Shown here: in pieces, positions 7,116 to 17,052 of the stretch
Layout: every line of letters begins with the position of its first letter
Numbering within the stretch: the first letter of the stretch is position 1
DNA from: a virus
UHGV virus genome: UHGV-0295649
Strand: one strand, 5' to 3'
DNA length: 38,374 nucleotides
The notes under the pieces: model-generated
What the model was told of the DNA's origin: nothing
Databases searched by the model: none
What the model saw: the letters and a program-made list of their open reading frames with translations, nothing else
Program-made: the position numbers and the translations under genes

Positions 7116-9407
7116 TTAAAAACGTTTTTGGTCAAGCACTGTGCTATCATATGCTGTATCCTCTTTTAATCTAATATCTTCATACCCTAGACGGTGTGCC
7201 ACTAAATTCCATCTAACTAATACGTTTGGCTTACTAGTTTCAATGATGAAATGGTCAATATCTTCATGAGTAACAGCACACAAAACTAGTTCTGTAGGTG
7301 TCACATGTGTCATATACCGACTTAGATTTACTGTTTCAGCAAACATGGGGTCAATATCAACACGAACTTTACCATTGTCACCTGTAACGGCTTCCCCATA
7401 ATCAGCGAAATAATATTCTGGAGTTTCATAAGCGTTCAATAGTCGTTGTCCATAATGTTCTGTTGGTACAGTTGAGTTTTTAGTACCTCTAACAGTAAAA
7501 TCTTTATATACTTGTACCGTTGATTGTTCAAACCTAGCAAGTTTCCCATCTTCCCATGAACCAAAAAAACAACCTGGTAACGTTAGCATACCATCACTAG
7601 TAAATTTCATAGTCCTACCAGCTACCTTAAATTCCCATGAGTTACCCGCACTACCATTAATGCTTAAAGAACTACCGTCGCCAGAAGTTACATAACTAGC
7701 ATTGCTATACCTGAAATTGGGCGCACCAAAAGATAGAAACGGTCTGTTATTACCATTATCCCACGTACTAAAAACCAAGTTACCCTGTGGATTTCTAATC
7801 ATGAAACCACCACCAGTTTTCATGGTGTATGATACAATACCGGCATCAGCACTTACATAATCACGTGCTTCTAGCTCCATAATATCTTTGTTAACTTTTT
7901 TTGAGTACCAAGTCATTTTGCCATTAGCTATACTTGTTCTATAATCAGTGCCATCACTAATTAATGTAGTACCTCTAATAGTAATCCCTACTATCTCACC
8001 AGCTGTAATAAACGAGGCATTGAATCCGCCATCTAACGTCCATGCGGTGTCATACGTTCCATTAATGCCAGTTTTAGAGAAACCAATACCAGCGTTGTTG
8101 ATTTGCAAAACGTTCCGTGCAGTATTCTTATCTGGTGTGTCCATAATCAAAATACGACTAGGGGCTTCTTTAGGATCTAATAAAACGTAACCACCATTTT
8201 GACCAGTAATCATATCAGTTTGATGATCTACAATATCATTGATTAAATCACTGATTTCGCCACCATTTTTCAATTGATCAATGGCATCATTAATCAAATT
8301 GCTGACATTATTCTCTGTATTTTCTAAGAAGTTTGTTTTGACGTTTCCTACAACTAATTTATCGTATGAGTTGGTTAAAACATTAAACGTATATTCCACG
8401 ATTCTTGCTGACATATTCACTTTTAACTGTGGATGATACACATCTACTCCGTCACCCATCGAAACTTTTTCTAGATCAACAAATTTTTCATAGCCTCTCT
8501 GATGCCTTAATGGTACTAATTCAATCGAACCACTCACTTGTGGTTTTTGTTTATCTATATTTGTTTTCAACCAGTCTTTAGCAGCTTCCCTTAATGTGGC
8601 TACATCAGTCGCTTTGTCTTTGAAATCAACAAAAGATACATATCCAGCAGGATAATCATCCACGTAATCCGTGAAAATGACTTCTTCTGGCAGAGTAATC
8701 TCATCCTCTCCTTCTGAAGAACTGCTAATGAATGGATAAACTCCAACTAAAACGCTTTGAGCATCTATCTCTAAGTCAAGACCAGTTAAGTTTTTAGTAT
8801 AAATCGCTTTGATTTTATGATCCGTGCCTAGCCTTGTTTCATGACGTAATGTGTTATTATCTTTTAGAAATTCACCATGAAATCGATCTAGAATAGATCC
8901 CTCTTTTCCACCAAAGAATTCTAAAAAATTCGCTTTTTCTATCTTCACATTAGCAAGCGTATCTACTAATGATGAGAAAGAAAACTGCGAAGGGATAGCT
9001 GGTTTCGCTAAAACTTTTGCGTTTTGCCATGCCTGAGTAGCAGTGATTTTTTCTGTTCCGCTGTCATATTTATTCAACACCGATTTTCTTATATCATTGA
9101 AAATAGGTTCAGCTTTTACTTCTATCGTATTGCCTATTACAGAAGTTTTTGCATAATAAATCCGTAGACGCTGTTTTGCTCGATTTTCATCTACATAACA
9201 CTGAATAATACGTCCTTCTACAATCAAATCTGCATTAGTTCCGCTTATTGGATAAGTACCCTGAAATATCTCGGCTCCGTTTAGTTTATTGCTAACAGTA
9301 GCTGTTAACCAGTCTGACAAAGCGCCTAAACCTTGCGTATCATATAAATGTTCAGCTAAATTATTCGCGTCATTTTTATCGTAAATAGTTATTAAATTAT
9401 CGATCAT
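7116..9407 (-). CDS. tail-associated endopeptidase / Tal-like minor tail protein
   Basis: 763 aa, immediately downstream of Dit and the tape measure. Conserved Dit-Tal synteny of siphophages. Confidence 0.7.
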   Translation of the reverse strand: MIDNLITIYDKNDANNLAEHLYDTQGLGALSDWLTATVSNKLNGAEIFQGTYPISGTNADLIVEGRIIQCYVDENRAKQRLRIYYAKTSVIGNTIEVKAEPIFNDIRKSVLNKYDSGTEKITATQAWQNAKVLAKPAIPSQFSFSSLVDTLANVKIEKANFLEFFGGKEGSILDRFHGEFLKDNNTLRHETRLGTDHKIKAIYTKNLTGLDLEIDAQSVLVGVYPFISSSSEGEDEITLPEEVIFTDYVDDYPAGYVSFVDFKDKATDVATLREAAKDWLKTNIDKQKPQVSGSIELVPLRHQRGYEKFVDLEKVSMGDGVDVYHPQLKVNMSARIVEYTFNVLTNSYDKLVVGNVKTNFLENTENNVSNLINDAIDQLKNGGEISDLINDIVDHQTDMITGQNGGYVLLDPKEAPSRILIMDTPDKNTARNVLQINNAGIGFSKTGINGTYDTAWTLDGGFNASFITAGEIVGITIRGTTLISDGTDYRTSIANGKMTWYSKKVNKDIMELEARDYVSADAGIVSYTMKTGGGFMIRNPQGNLVFSTWDNGNNRPFLSFGAPNFRYSNASYVTSGDGSSLSINGSAGNSWEFKVAGRTMKFTSDGMLTLPGCFFGSWEDGKLARFEQSTVQVYKDFTVRGTKNSTVPTEHYGQRLLNAYETPEYYFADYGEAVTGDNGKVRVDIDPMFAETVNLSRYMTHVTPTELVLCAVTHEDIDHFIIETSKPNVLVRWNLVAHRLGYEDIRLKEDTAYDSTVLDQKRF

Positions 9408-9416
9408 CTATTTCAC

Positions 9417-10154
9417 CTACCTTAACCCGTTACGATAAATTTGTATTTTGCTCAAACCAGTGCAATTAAAATGATTAATATCCACTTGCAATGTCGGATA
9501 TTGCATGGTCTTCATTTTGTTGGACCGATCTAAAATATCTCCGTCCGATTGCTCTTCGTAGCAAAGCATTAGATCACTATCAATGACTATGTCAGTTCCT
9601 ACTACTAAGCCTTCAAAACTAAACACATAATCATTTAAGATGAACTGACATGAAGTAGCTGAAGGAGTGATGATAATCTTTGGAAAACTTTCTTCTAAAC
9701 TATTATTAAGCAAGCTAAATGACCGTGGTTTATCTACAGTTATAGGCACATCTTCTTGAACTCTTGCGAATGGTTTCGCAGTAATGTTTACATCGAACTC
9801 TCCCCATTCAACGATATCGTTTTCCGCATCCCCAATATCGATAGTCTGGATAACATAATAGACATTGGGATCATCAGAGAATTCTAATTTCTTTGCATAG
9901 TTTAACCAATGACGCATGATATAAAACGATTGCTTGAACGCTTGATGGTCTTCCACATCCTCTAAATAGTTATAGTGCAATGTAAACGACATGTCTTCAA
10001 ACGAGTAATCTTGCACTAAGCCACCTAACCTTCCTAAAATAGAAGTTTCAACTCTCTGTCTTTTTGGAGAAGGTATGGTTGGTCTTTCAGCTAAAGCCAA
10101 TTTATGCAAATAATCAGGAAATCCATCGATTATAGAATGTATACAATCAGTCAT
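9417..10154 (-). CDS. distal tail protein (Dit)
   Basis: 245 aa directly after the tape measure gene, at the conserved position. Confidence 0.65.
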   Translation of the reverse strand: MTDCIHSIIDGFPDYLHKLALAERPTIPSPKRQRVETSILGRLGGLVQDYSFEDMSFTLHYNYLEDVEDHQAFKQSFYIMRHWLNYAKKLEFSDDPNVYYVIQTIDIGDAENDIVEWGEFDVNITAKPFARVQEDVPITVDKPRSFSLLNNSLEESFPKIIITPSATSCQFILNDYVFSFEGLVVGTDIVIDSDLMLCYEEQSDGDILDRSNKMKTMQYPTLQVDINHFNCTGLSKIQIYRNGLR

Positions 10155-10204
10155 TTTTTCACATCCTTTTTAATACTAAAAAAACAGGAGAAATACTCTC
10201 CTGT

Positions 10205-13200
10205 TTAACGCCATGCCGAAGCATTATCATTTTGAACTTTTGTAATGCTATCAATGATTTGTTGAGTTGTTTGCTTCATAGTGACTTCATCTGCGTTACC
10301 ATCAATTGTGAAATTGAATTCGTAATTGTTCACAGGTTGAACCGCTTGTGTCCTAGATGAAACTGAGGTGCTACTCAAGATACGATCACCAATTTCTTGC
10401 AGAACAGATCTTTTCAAAGGTAAGACTGCTTCAGGTCCTGCTTCACCGACACCGATAATATTCGGAGAATTAAACACACTACCTTTCGCATACCAATCAA
10501 CACCCAACGTTGGGATTTTTCCCTTCAATGGATTGAATTCCCCACTCAATTTAAAATGTGGTAACGGAATATGTGGTATAGAAATATTCAAATTATCAAA
10601 AATACCACTGATTTTATCTCTAATCCAATCAATCGGAGCGCTAACAGTCTTTTTGATACCTTCCCAAATGTTAGCAATTGTACTTTTAACATTATTGAAT
10701 ATGTCGGAAACAATACCTGTTAGATTGGACCAACCGCTTGAAATTGCATTTTTTCCATCGTTTACTTTAGAGCTAATAGTGCTTGTAATTCCATTCCAAA
10801 GATTCAAAGCAGTGTTTTTGATACCGTTCCAAATTCCGCTGATCCACGAAGATATACTATTCCAAACACTTTGAATGGCACTTTTAGCTGCGTTTATAGC
10901 ATTGCTTATACTACTAGTCACACTATTCCAGATATTTGATGCTGTAGAGCTGATTGAATTCCAAATTCCACCTAACCAACTAGATACAGTTGACCAAATA
11001 TTTTGAATTACTGTAGCAGCTGCTTGTACCAAGCTAGTGATTGTATTCTTGATACTGTTCCAAATACTAGAAGCTGTTGCACTAATTGAATTCCAAATAT
11101 TTGAAGCCGTAGTACTAATAGCTGTCCATATACCATTCCACCATGCCACTACTGGATCAAATATAGTATGGAATGTAGTTACAATCCCATTCCAAGCGAT
11201 ACTTATCCATTGTGTCATAGTATCCCAAGTATTTTTAAGGAAATCAGAAATAGGTGTCCAAACAGCTTGCCAAGCTGCGCCTAATAACTGTCCAGCTACA
11301 TCAAAAATACCCACGATAATATTAATACCAGCTTGAATCAATGACGTTATTAATGTCCATGGTATTTGAACAATTCCTACAATGTCTGCCCAAATAATCG
11401 ACCATACTTCTTTGACTCCGTTCCAAATATTTGAAACCCAATCAATGAATGTTTGCCAAGTCTCTTGGACTCCTTGCCAGATGTTGGAAGCTCCTTCAAC
11501 TAATCCGCTCCATAACTCTCCAAACCAATCAGAAACTCCTTGCCAAATTTCTTGAACCCAATCTACAAATCCAGACCAGGTTTCTTTGACTCCATCCCAA
11601 ACTGATGAGGCACTTTCTTTTATGCTTTCCCAGGTATCACCTAACCAATCGGTAAATTTTTTCCATAAATCACTAAACCAGTCAGTGATTGCGCCCCAGT
11701 TTTGAAACGCTGTAATTACAATCGCTATTACAGCTGCAACGCCCGCTATAATTCCTATTATTGGCAGCAAAACTGTAGAACCAAATGTGCCAACTATCGT
11801 AACAACTGCGGTTATAACAGGAGCTAATGTGCTTAATAATGCTAGAATTCCTCCAAGAGCTAAAATGAAATTTTTCATTGGCCCATCAAGTTTACTCCAC
11901 CATTCGGCTAATCCTTGCAAAGCTTTCGCTCCTGCTTGCAACCCTTTGATAAACACAGGCAGTATATCTTCACCCAATGAGGCATAAAAATCTTCTAACG
12001 CTTGCTTTGCTCTTGTCATTTGGTTTTCTAAACCATCAGACTCCCTACTAGCCTGACCTGTAGCACCGGCTAATTTTTGCATATCTTCAGCATATTGAAC
12101 TCGAACTGCTTGCTTGGTAGCCTCATCTAAATCAGACCATTTTTGCGTTTGTGGGCCTAATTCTTCATTTATTTTATCTTGCGCATCTTTAAGTTTTAAA
12201 GCAGCCTCTCTTGCTTCTAAAGATCCTTCACCATGTTTCTTAATAGCATCAGCATACTTAGATTGTGCTTTTTCAACAGCTAACAATGACTCTTCACTGG
12301 CTTTTTTTGCTCCTTCAGTCGCTGGTATCAAATTATGCTTAACAGCATAAGCTGCCATTTGAGTATCATTAGCAAATAAACCTATTTGCTCCCCACCTTC
12401 GTAGTTCCCTTTTATAAATGAATTAAGAGATTCACTAGCATCATCCATAGACTTATCGTAAAAAGCTGCTGCATCTGCTGCTAACTGAGTACTATCACCA
12501 GCTAACTCCATAGCTTCTTTGGTATCATATCCAAGTCCTTTAAACATTGACGTATATTGTGTAAAAACAGGCTTGATCGTATTTGGTAACATTCCAAATT
12601 CTTCAGCCATTCCCTCAACGGCGTCCTGTGCTTCCCCTTCTAAAGAGCCAAAGACTTGTTTAAATTGGGCCTGCATAGCTTGTGCTTTTCCAGCTGCTTC
12701 AATAGACTTACTACCTACATCAATAAGCTTATCTCCGATCACTGACAAGTGATCAGTAGCTTCCATTAAATTACCCATATCAAGTTTTTTGCCGATATCA
12801 TCTACTGTGGAGGTATCAACGTTTTTAGCAGCATTACTTAATTCTTCGAATTCTCTTTCCGCATCATTAAGCTTAGTTTTCATTTCTAAAGCTTCGGTAG
12901 ATGTTTCTCCAAATTCTTTTTGTGTGGCATCTAATTGTTTTTTTAGCACTTCGATTTTTTGTTCAGCAATATCACTCTGTTTGCCGACATATTCTTGTGC
13001 TTTTGCTAATTTTTCAGATTCTGTAGCAGACTGGCCAGCAGTTGCTTGCCATTTTTTATATTCGGATTCTACTAATGATGCGCTTGACTTTAGATGTTGT
13101 TGCTCATTATCTAAGTCTTTCATAGTTGACTCATACGTTTTAAATTCACCTTTAGATTGAGCCAATGCCTTACTCGTTTTATCTATATCATTAGATAACC

Positions 13201-13525
13201 TTTGCTGAGCTGTTTGTTGATTAATCAGTTCTCTTTCAAGTTTCTGAACTTCGGTGGAATTTTCTCCATAATATTTTTTGGCATTGGCTAAACGTTGACT
13301 AGTTACTTCAACTTTTTGACTTTGTAATTCATACTGCTTTTCTAAAGAAGATAATTTACTTCCTAACTTGTCTGATTCAGAACCAGTCTGTTGTAATTGA
13401 GCTTGTTCTAGTTTTAATTCTGCTCTATTTTTAGTTAATTCAGCACTGATTTCTTTTAACGTAGATTTCAATCCGTCATCGTTAGCTATGAAAGTTACTT
13501 CTGCTTCTGTTCTCTTTTTAGCCAT
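10205..13525 (-). CDS. tail tape measure protein
   Basis: 1106 aa. N-terminal coiled coil, central TM segments, long W-rich degenerate repeats (..IWNSI.., ..WQG..). Largest tail-module gene. Confidence 0.9.
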   Translation of the reverse strand: MAKKRTEAEVTFIANDDGLKSTLKEISAELTKNRAELKLEQAQLQQTGSESDKLGSKLSSLEKQYELQSQKVEVTSQRLANAKKYYGENSTEVQKLERELINQQTAQQRLSNDIDKTSKALAQSKGEFKTYESTMKDLDNEQQHLKSSASLVESEYKKWQATAGQSATESEKLAKAQEYVGKQSDIAEQKIEVLKKQLDATQKEFGETSTEALEMKTKLNDAEREFEELSNAAKNVDTSTVDDIGKKLDMGNLMEATDHLSVIGDKLIDVGSKSIEAAGKAQAMQAQFKQVFGSLEGEAQDAVEGMAEEFGMLPNTIKPVFTQYTSMFKGLGYDTKEAMELAGDSTQLAADAAAFYDKSMDDASESLNSFIKGNYEGGEQIGLFANDTQMAAYAVKHNLIPATEGAKKASEESLLAVEKAQSKYADAIKKHGEGSLEAREAALKLKDAQDKINEELGPQTQKWSDLDEATKQAVRVQYAEDMQKLAGATGQASRESDGLENQMTRAKQALEDFYASLGEDILPVFIKGLQAGAKALQGLAEWWSKLDGPMKNFILALGGILALLSTLAPVITAVVTIVGTFGSTVLLPIIGIIAGVAAVIAIVITAFQNWGAITDWFSDLWKKFTDWLGDTWESIKESASSVWDGVKETWSGFVDWVQEIWQGVSDWFGELWSGLVEGASNIWQGVQETWQTFIDWVSNIWNGVKEVWSIIWADIVGIVQIPWTLITSLIQAGINIIVGIFDVAGQLLGAAWQAVWTPISDFLKNTWDTMTQWISIAWNGIVTTFHTIFDPVVAWWNGIWTAISTTASNIWNSISATASSIWNSIKNTITSLVQAAATVIQNIWSTVSSWLGGIWNSISSTASNIWNSVTSSISNAINAAKSAIQSVWNSISSWISGIWNGIKNTALNLWNGITSTISSKVNDGKNAISSGWSNLTGIVSDIFNNVKSTIANIWEGIKKTVSAPIDWIRDKISGIFDNLNISIPHIPLPHFKLSGEFNPLKGKIPTLGVDWYAKGSVFNSPNIIGVGEAGPEAVLPLKRSVLQEIGDRILSSTSVSSRTQAVQPVNNYEFNFTIDGNADEVTMKQTTQQIIDSITKVQNDNASAWR
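10560..11700. repeat. degenerate tandem repeats inside the tape measure gene
   Basis: Recurrent ttccaaat/ccaaatatt DNA words encoding repeated IWN/SIWN peptide units. Confidence 0.5.
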
Positions 13526-13541
13526 TTTTTACCTCCTTTCT

Positions 13542-14089
13542 TTAGTTTTTCTGAGATTGGTTTATTGCATAGTTCTTCCATCCTTCATAAGCGCTCTTGT
13601 TGTAAGCCATTTGCAAAATGTCATCTAAACAGATATCGCTTAAAACCAAATCTGAAGGCATAGAAAAAACGTCGGTCAACATCGAATAGACATCGACCCA
13701 CGTTTCAACTAAGAGCTTTGGCATTTTTACTTTTGAAGCTTTTTTTCCTTATTTGCTTTTTCGAATTCTTTTTGATAGGCATCACGTGCTTGTTTGAACA
13801 TCATAGTACTGTATACAGCTACTGCAACCTCCATATCAAAATCCCATTTATCTATAAATTCATCGAATGAAATGTAATCGACCATGTTCGCTTGACGATA
13901 AGCTACATATACGGCTTTTGCACCTTGAATAACTGTAATATCCATAGAGCCTTTTCCCATCGACATTTTTGCAAACTCGTCTGTGTTAAAATCTCTATTG
14001 ATCATCAATAATTTCTTGATATTCAGTTTAGGTTCTAAATTCAAAATTGTTCCATCGTTTAGTTCAATTTTTGAGTAATCTTCGTTCAT
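13542..14089 (-). CDS. tail assembly chaperone pair (G/GT-like) joined by a programmed -1 frameshift
   Basis: A 120-aa ORF (13727-14089) is followed in the -1 frame by a 60-aa ORF (13542-13724). Slippery heptamer A_AAA_AAG at 13739-13745 (minus strand) lies 4 codons before the stop. Position between major tail and tape measure is canonical. Confidence 0.7.
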
Positions 14090-14108
14090 TTCGCTACCTC
14101 CGTTTTTT

Positions 14109-14717
14109 TTACTGTGATTGAGTGGCCGTAGTTGTCACAACTGAAGTTTTTTTAATCACATCAGCAGATAGATTCGTCATCCATTGATCTGTTAAGTCTT
14201 CTTCAAGTTCTGCAACAATTGCTTCATGATAAAATTTACCAAATTCATCTTGCATAACTTTTGTTTCTAGTTCTAACGCAGCTACTTCATCCGCACCATT
14301 TTCAATAGAGAATGTTAATCCTGTATTCGAAGTGCATGCTAACATACCAACTAACTTTCTATTTTCTTCGAAGTCATCCACGATCTCTGCAGCAAGTGAG
14401 AAATCTTCGCCTACGGAATCAGGACCGTAAGAGTAAATGCCTGGTTTAATACGTCCATCTTGTTTCAACCCATTGAAACGTCGATAAACTTCCATCGGTA
14501 CATGTGCAGTAATTGTTACCGTCATATTGATTGGTTTAGATTTTGATTTTACTTCTGTCGCTCCACATTTTTTAACCACCGTTTGCATTTCTGTTTCGCC
14601 ATCTAATTGTCCATTACAATTCGTTGCGATTGCATTTCCTGCGTTCTTAAAATTAAAAGCAATTCGTTTGATACTTACGTTATCGAACGTTGTTACTACA
14701 GTTTTTGTTTTAGCCAT
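14109..14717 (-). CDS. major tail protein
   Basis: 202 aa upstream of the chaperone pair. Thr-rich C-terminus TSVVTTTATQSQ. Confidence 0.7.
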   Translation of the reverse strand: MAKTKTVVTTFDNVSIKRIAFNFKNAGNAIATNCNGQLDGETEMQTVVKKCGATEVKSKSKPINMTVTITAHVPMEVYRRFNGLKQDGRIKPGIYSYGPDSVGEDFSLAAEIVDDFEENRKLVGMLACTSNTGLTFSIENGADEVAALELETKVMQDEFGKFYHEAIVAELEEDLTDQWMTNLSADVIKKTSVVTTTATQSQ

Positions 14718-14728
14718 TGTTGTTCCCC

Positions 14729-15142
14729 CTATTTATTTAATTTATCGAATTGACGAATCAGAAGTTCTGTAATTGGATCAAGTGCAAGACCTAATCCTCT
14801 TCTCATAAATTCGTCCGGCTGATTTCTTTTAGAAGTACCTATCCCCAAATCAGGATATTTTAAATACTCAAATTTTCTTGTAGGTCTAATGATGAAACCC
14901 AAATTAATGTATTGAGTCTTAAGTGGACGACTATTTTTTGCGTGTTGGTGCCCTCTTCTTAAATCTGCTTCAGAAACAGGAATTTTTTCTGTAATCCTAT
15001 CCACTGCAATAGCCGAACCTTTTGATTTCAATGCTTCGTTAATCAGTCGTTCGCTCTCGCTTGAATAGCGTTCCATCCGCACAAGAAGTTCATCATGTCC
15101 ATTTATTTTTAGCTCCCAACTATTTTTAGCCATGACAATCAC
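14729..15142 (-). CDS. tail completion / tail terminator-like protein
   Basis: 137 aa. Position in the head-tail joining cluster. Confidence 0.45.
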   Translation of the reverse strand: MIVMAKNSWELKINGHDELLVRMERYSSESERLINEALKSKGSAIAVDRITEKIPVSEADLRRGHQHAKNSRPLKTQYINLGFIIRPTRKFEYLKYPDLGIGTSKRNQPDEFMRRGLGLALDPITELLIRQFDKLNK

Positions 15143-15530
15143 TCTTCAATAATCGTCTAAACGTAAATACCAATTGATCGATATAGCGATCTTGGTTCTC
15201 TAGTTTTAAATGATTGGGATCCATTCTCTGAAAACGAATCGAACGATTTTGAATCAATGAAATAATATCTAGTGAGTCTCCTGTTAAATCTTCTCTATTT
15301 TCTGAATAGAAAGTTAGATATAGATTTTGACCCACGCTATATTTTGGCTCAGTGATCATTTCTATTTCTCCTGTTTCGAGAATGAAGTAATTAAAATCAT
15401 CAGGTAGCTCATCCTCGCCTACGGAGTCTTGAAAGAGTTTGAGGCCAAAATGCTCTTCTAAGGAAGTTTTGATAGCAGAAATTTGCTTATTTAAACGTTC
15501 TTTTTCTTTAGAATTATCAATCACCATATT
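15126..15530 (-). CDS. head-tail joining protein
   Basis: Likely start MVIDNSKEKER with RBS GGGTGAA. The tracked ORF extends further upstream. Confidence 0.45.
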   Translation of the reverse strand, partial: NMVIDNSKEKERLNKQISAIKTSLEEHFGLKLFQDSVGEDELPDDFNYFILETGEIEMITEPKYSVGQNLYLTFYSENREDLTGDSLDIISLIQNRSIRFQRMDPNHLKLENQDRYIDQLVFTFRRLLKSDCHG

Positions 15531-15870
15531 CACCCACACTTTCAAGATAAAAATAGATATAAAAATTATCGTAATCGGCATAGATAACGTTGTAACGCAT
15601 ACTATCGATTACGATAAAATATTGATCTTTATTAAATTTCTTGGCGATTGGATGAAATGGAGTCTTTACTTTCTTAGTTAATTTCGATCCCATCGCATCC
15701 ATAGCTGTTATATCACTATCTCTCATGGAAAGATTTCTAAATTTTAAAGAAGTGATTTCTGTATCTTCTACACCAATCTTTTTTCCTAGTTCATTTCTTT
15801 TGGTAGTTTGCGTCAAAATCTTTAACCAACCATCGTTGAATGTTTCTTCGAGTCTACGATTATTCGCCAT
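15517..15870 (-). CDS. head closure / head-tail adaptor protein
   Basis: 117 aa, position-based. Confidence 0.45.
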   Translation of the reverse strand: MANNRRLEETFNDGWLKILTQTTKRNELGKKIGVEDTEITSLKFRNLSMRDSDITAMDAMGSKLTKKVKTPFHPIAKKFNKDQYFIVIDSMRYNVIYADYDNFYIYFYLESVGEYGD

Positions 15871-16171
15871 TCACATCACCTGCAATATATTCTTGTAGCG
15901 CATAATGTTGAATGAAACCTAATAACTCACTAGCGAAATTTTGTTCAAACTCATCTAAAGCACGATTCCAGTCGTATCTACATCTTTCGATTAGCAATCC
16001 GTATTCTAAGCTTTCAGGAGAAAAAGAAAGTGTTGTACTCACTTTACTTTGAAGATAAACAGCATTTTTAGCTATCATCTTTTTAATTGACTCATCTTCT
16101 TCGTTCCAGGTAACGTAAATATTATCCTTCACAGCTATTAGCAATTCTTCAGTCACTTGTTCAGGCGTCAT
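15860..16171 (-). CDS. head-tail connector (gp6-like)
   Basis: 103 aa, first gene after the capsid region. Confidence 0.5.
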   Translation of the reverse strand: MTPEQVTEELLIAVKDNIYVTWNEEDESIKKMIAKNAVYLQSKVSTTLSFSPESLEYGLLIERCRYDWNRALDEFEQNFASELLGFIQHYALQEYIAGDVNGE

Positions 16172-17052
16172 CTAACCACCGCCTTAATTGCTTTAACATA
16201 TGCGTAAGAGCATTTTTTCTTGTTTACAAATGATAAATCTTCATCAAAAGGCGTAGAAGTCACGTATCTCCCTTTGAAAAATAAATCTTCATCGTTTGTT
16301 GTTACTCCAGCATTGTGTAAGATTTTTACTTCTTTAACTTTTTCTATTGGATCAGTAGCAAAACAAAAGTCTAATTCCTCGTGAACTTTAGGACCAATAT
16401 TGAAATACATCATGTTCCAAAGCTGTGCCCACATCTCGGCTGTCCAGATTTGTATATTTGTTTTTTGCCCTCTAAGGTAGCGATATAGCCGATTAGAATC
16501 CAGATAAACCTTTTTCCAATAATTCGCTTTAGGACGGTTAATAACCCACTGTGCGCCTCCTGAATTAGTGTTTATAGTTTCCAAAGATTCTACTGTAACA
16601 TTTACAATGTTTGCCATATCTTTTAGAATATTTTCTCCGTTTTCACAGCTTCTAATATAATCAAGACTTAGATAACTACAGCAGTCGCTACAATACCAAA
16701 CATCATCTTTAGAAGGCAATTTGCGCAAATTAATTCTTTTATTGAAAATGACATCCGAATCGATATAGAAATATCGGTCGTCCTCACGCGAATGATCTTC
16801 TTCTAAATATTTCCACCATAAATATGGTTTAATCGAAGGAATATACTCTTTGTCGTCCCGCAGATCATCGTACACATGAACTTCAACACCATATTCCTTC
16901 TCAAAAAAAATAGGAATCTGATCATCGTGTCTGCTGAAAAGCAATACGATATCTTTGATTCCTAGTTTCTTCAGATTAGTTAAACAAACTTCAAGCTCCC
17001 ATTTAAACCGATTGATTGCCGGCTGACAAAGAATATACTTCATTCTGATCAC
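16168..17052 (-). CDS. Cys/Trp-rich protein with DXD-type motif (candidate GT-A glycosyltransferase) inserted between capsid and connector genes
   Basis: 294 aa. YFYIDSDVIF has a hydrophobic stretch followed by DSD. No structural-protein features. Start abuts the capsid gene stop. Confidence 0.35.
   Translation of the reverse strand: MIRMKYILCQPAINRFKWELEVCLTNLKKLGIKDIVLLFSRHDDQIPIFFEKEYGVEVHVYDDLRDDKEYIPSIKPYLWWKYLEEDHSREDDRYFYIDSDVIFNKRINLRKLPSKDDVWYCSDCCSYLSLDYIRSCENGENILKDMANIVNVTVESLETINTNSGGAQWVINRPKANYWKKVYLDSNRLYRYLRGQKTNIQIWTAEMWAQLWNMMYFNIGPKVHEELDFCFATDPIEKVKEVKILHNAGVTTNDEDLFFKGRYVTSTPFDEDLSFVNKKKCSYAYVKAIKAVVR

Noticed and set aside
10368-13160. Plus-strand ORFs inside the tape measure gene (10368-10874, 11037-11336, 11787-11987, 12114-12350, 12519-12752, 12789-13160)
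   Set aside because: These are antisense to a long conserved gene. Ser/Ala/Cys-rich low-complexity translations are typical of shadow ORFs opposite repeat-rich coding DNA.
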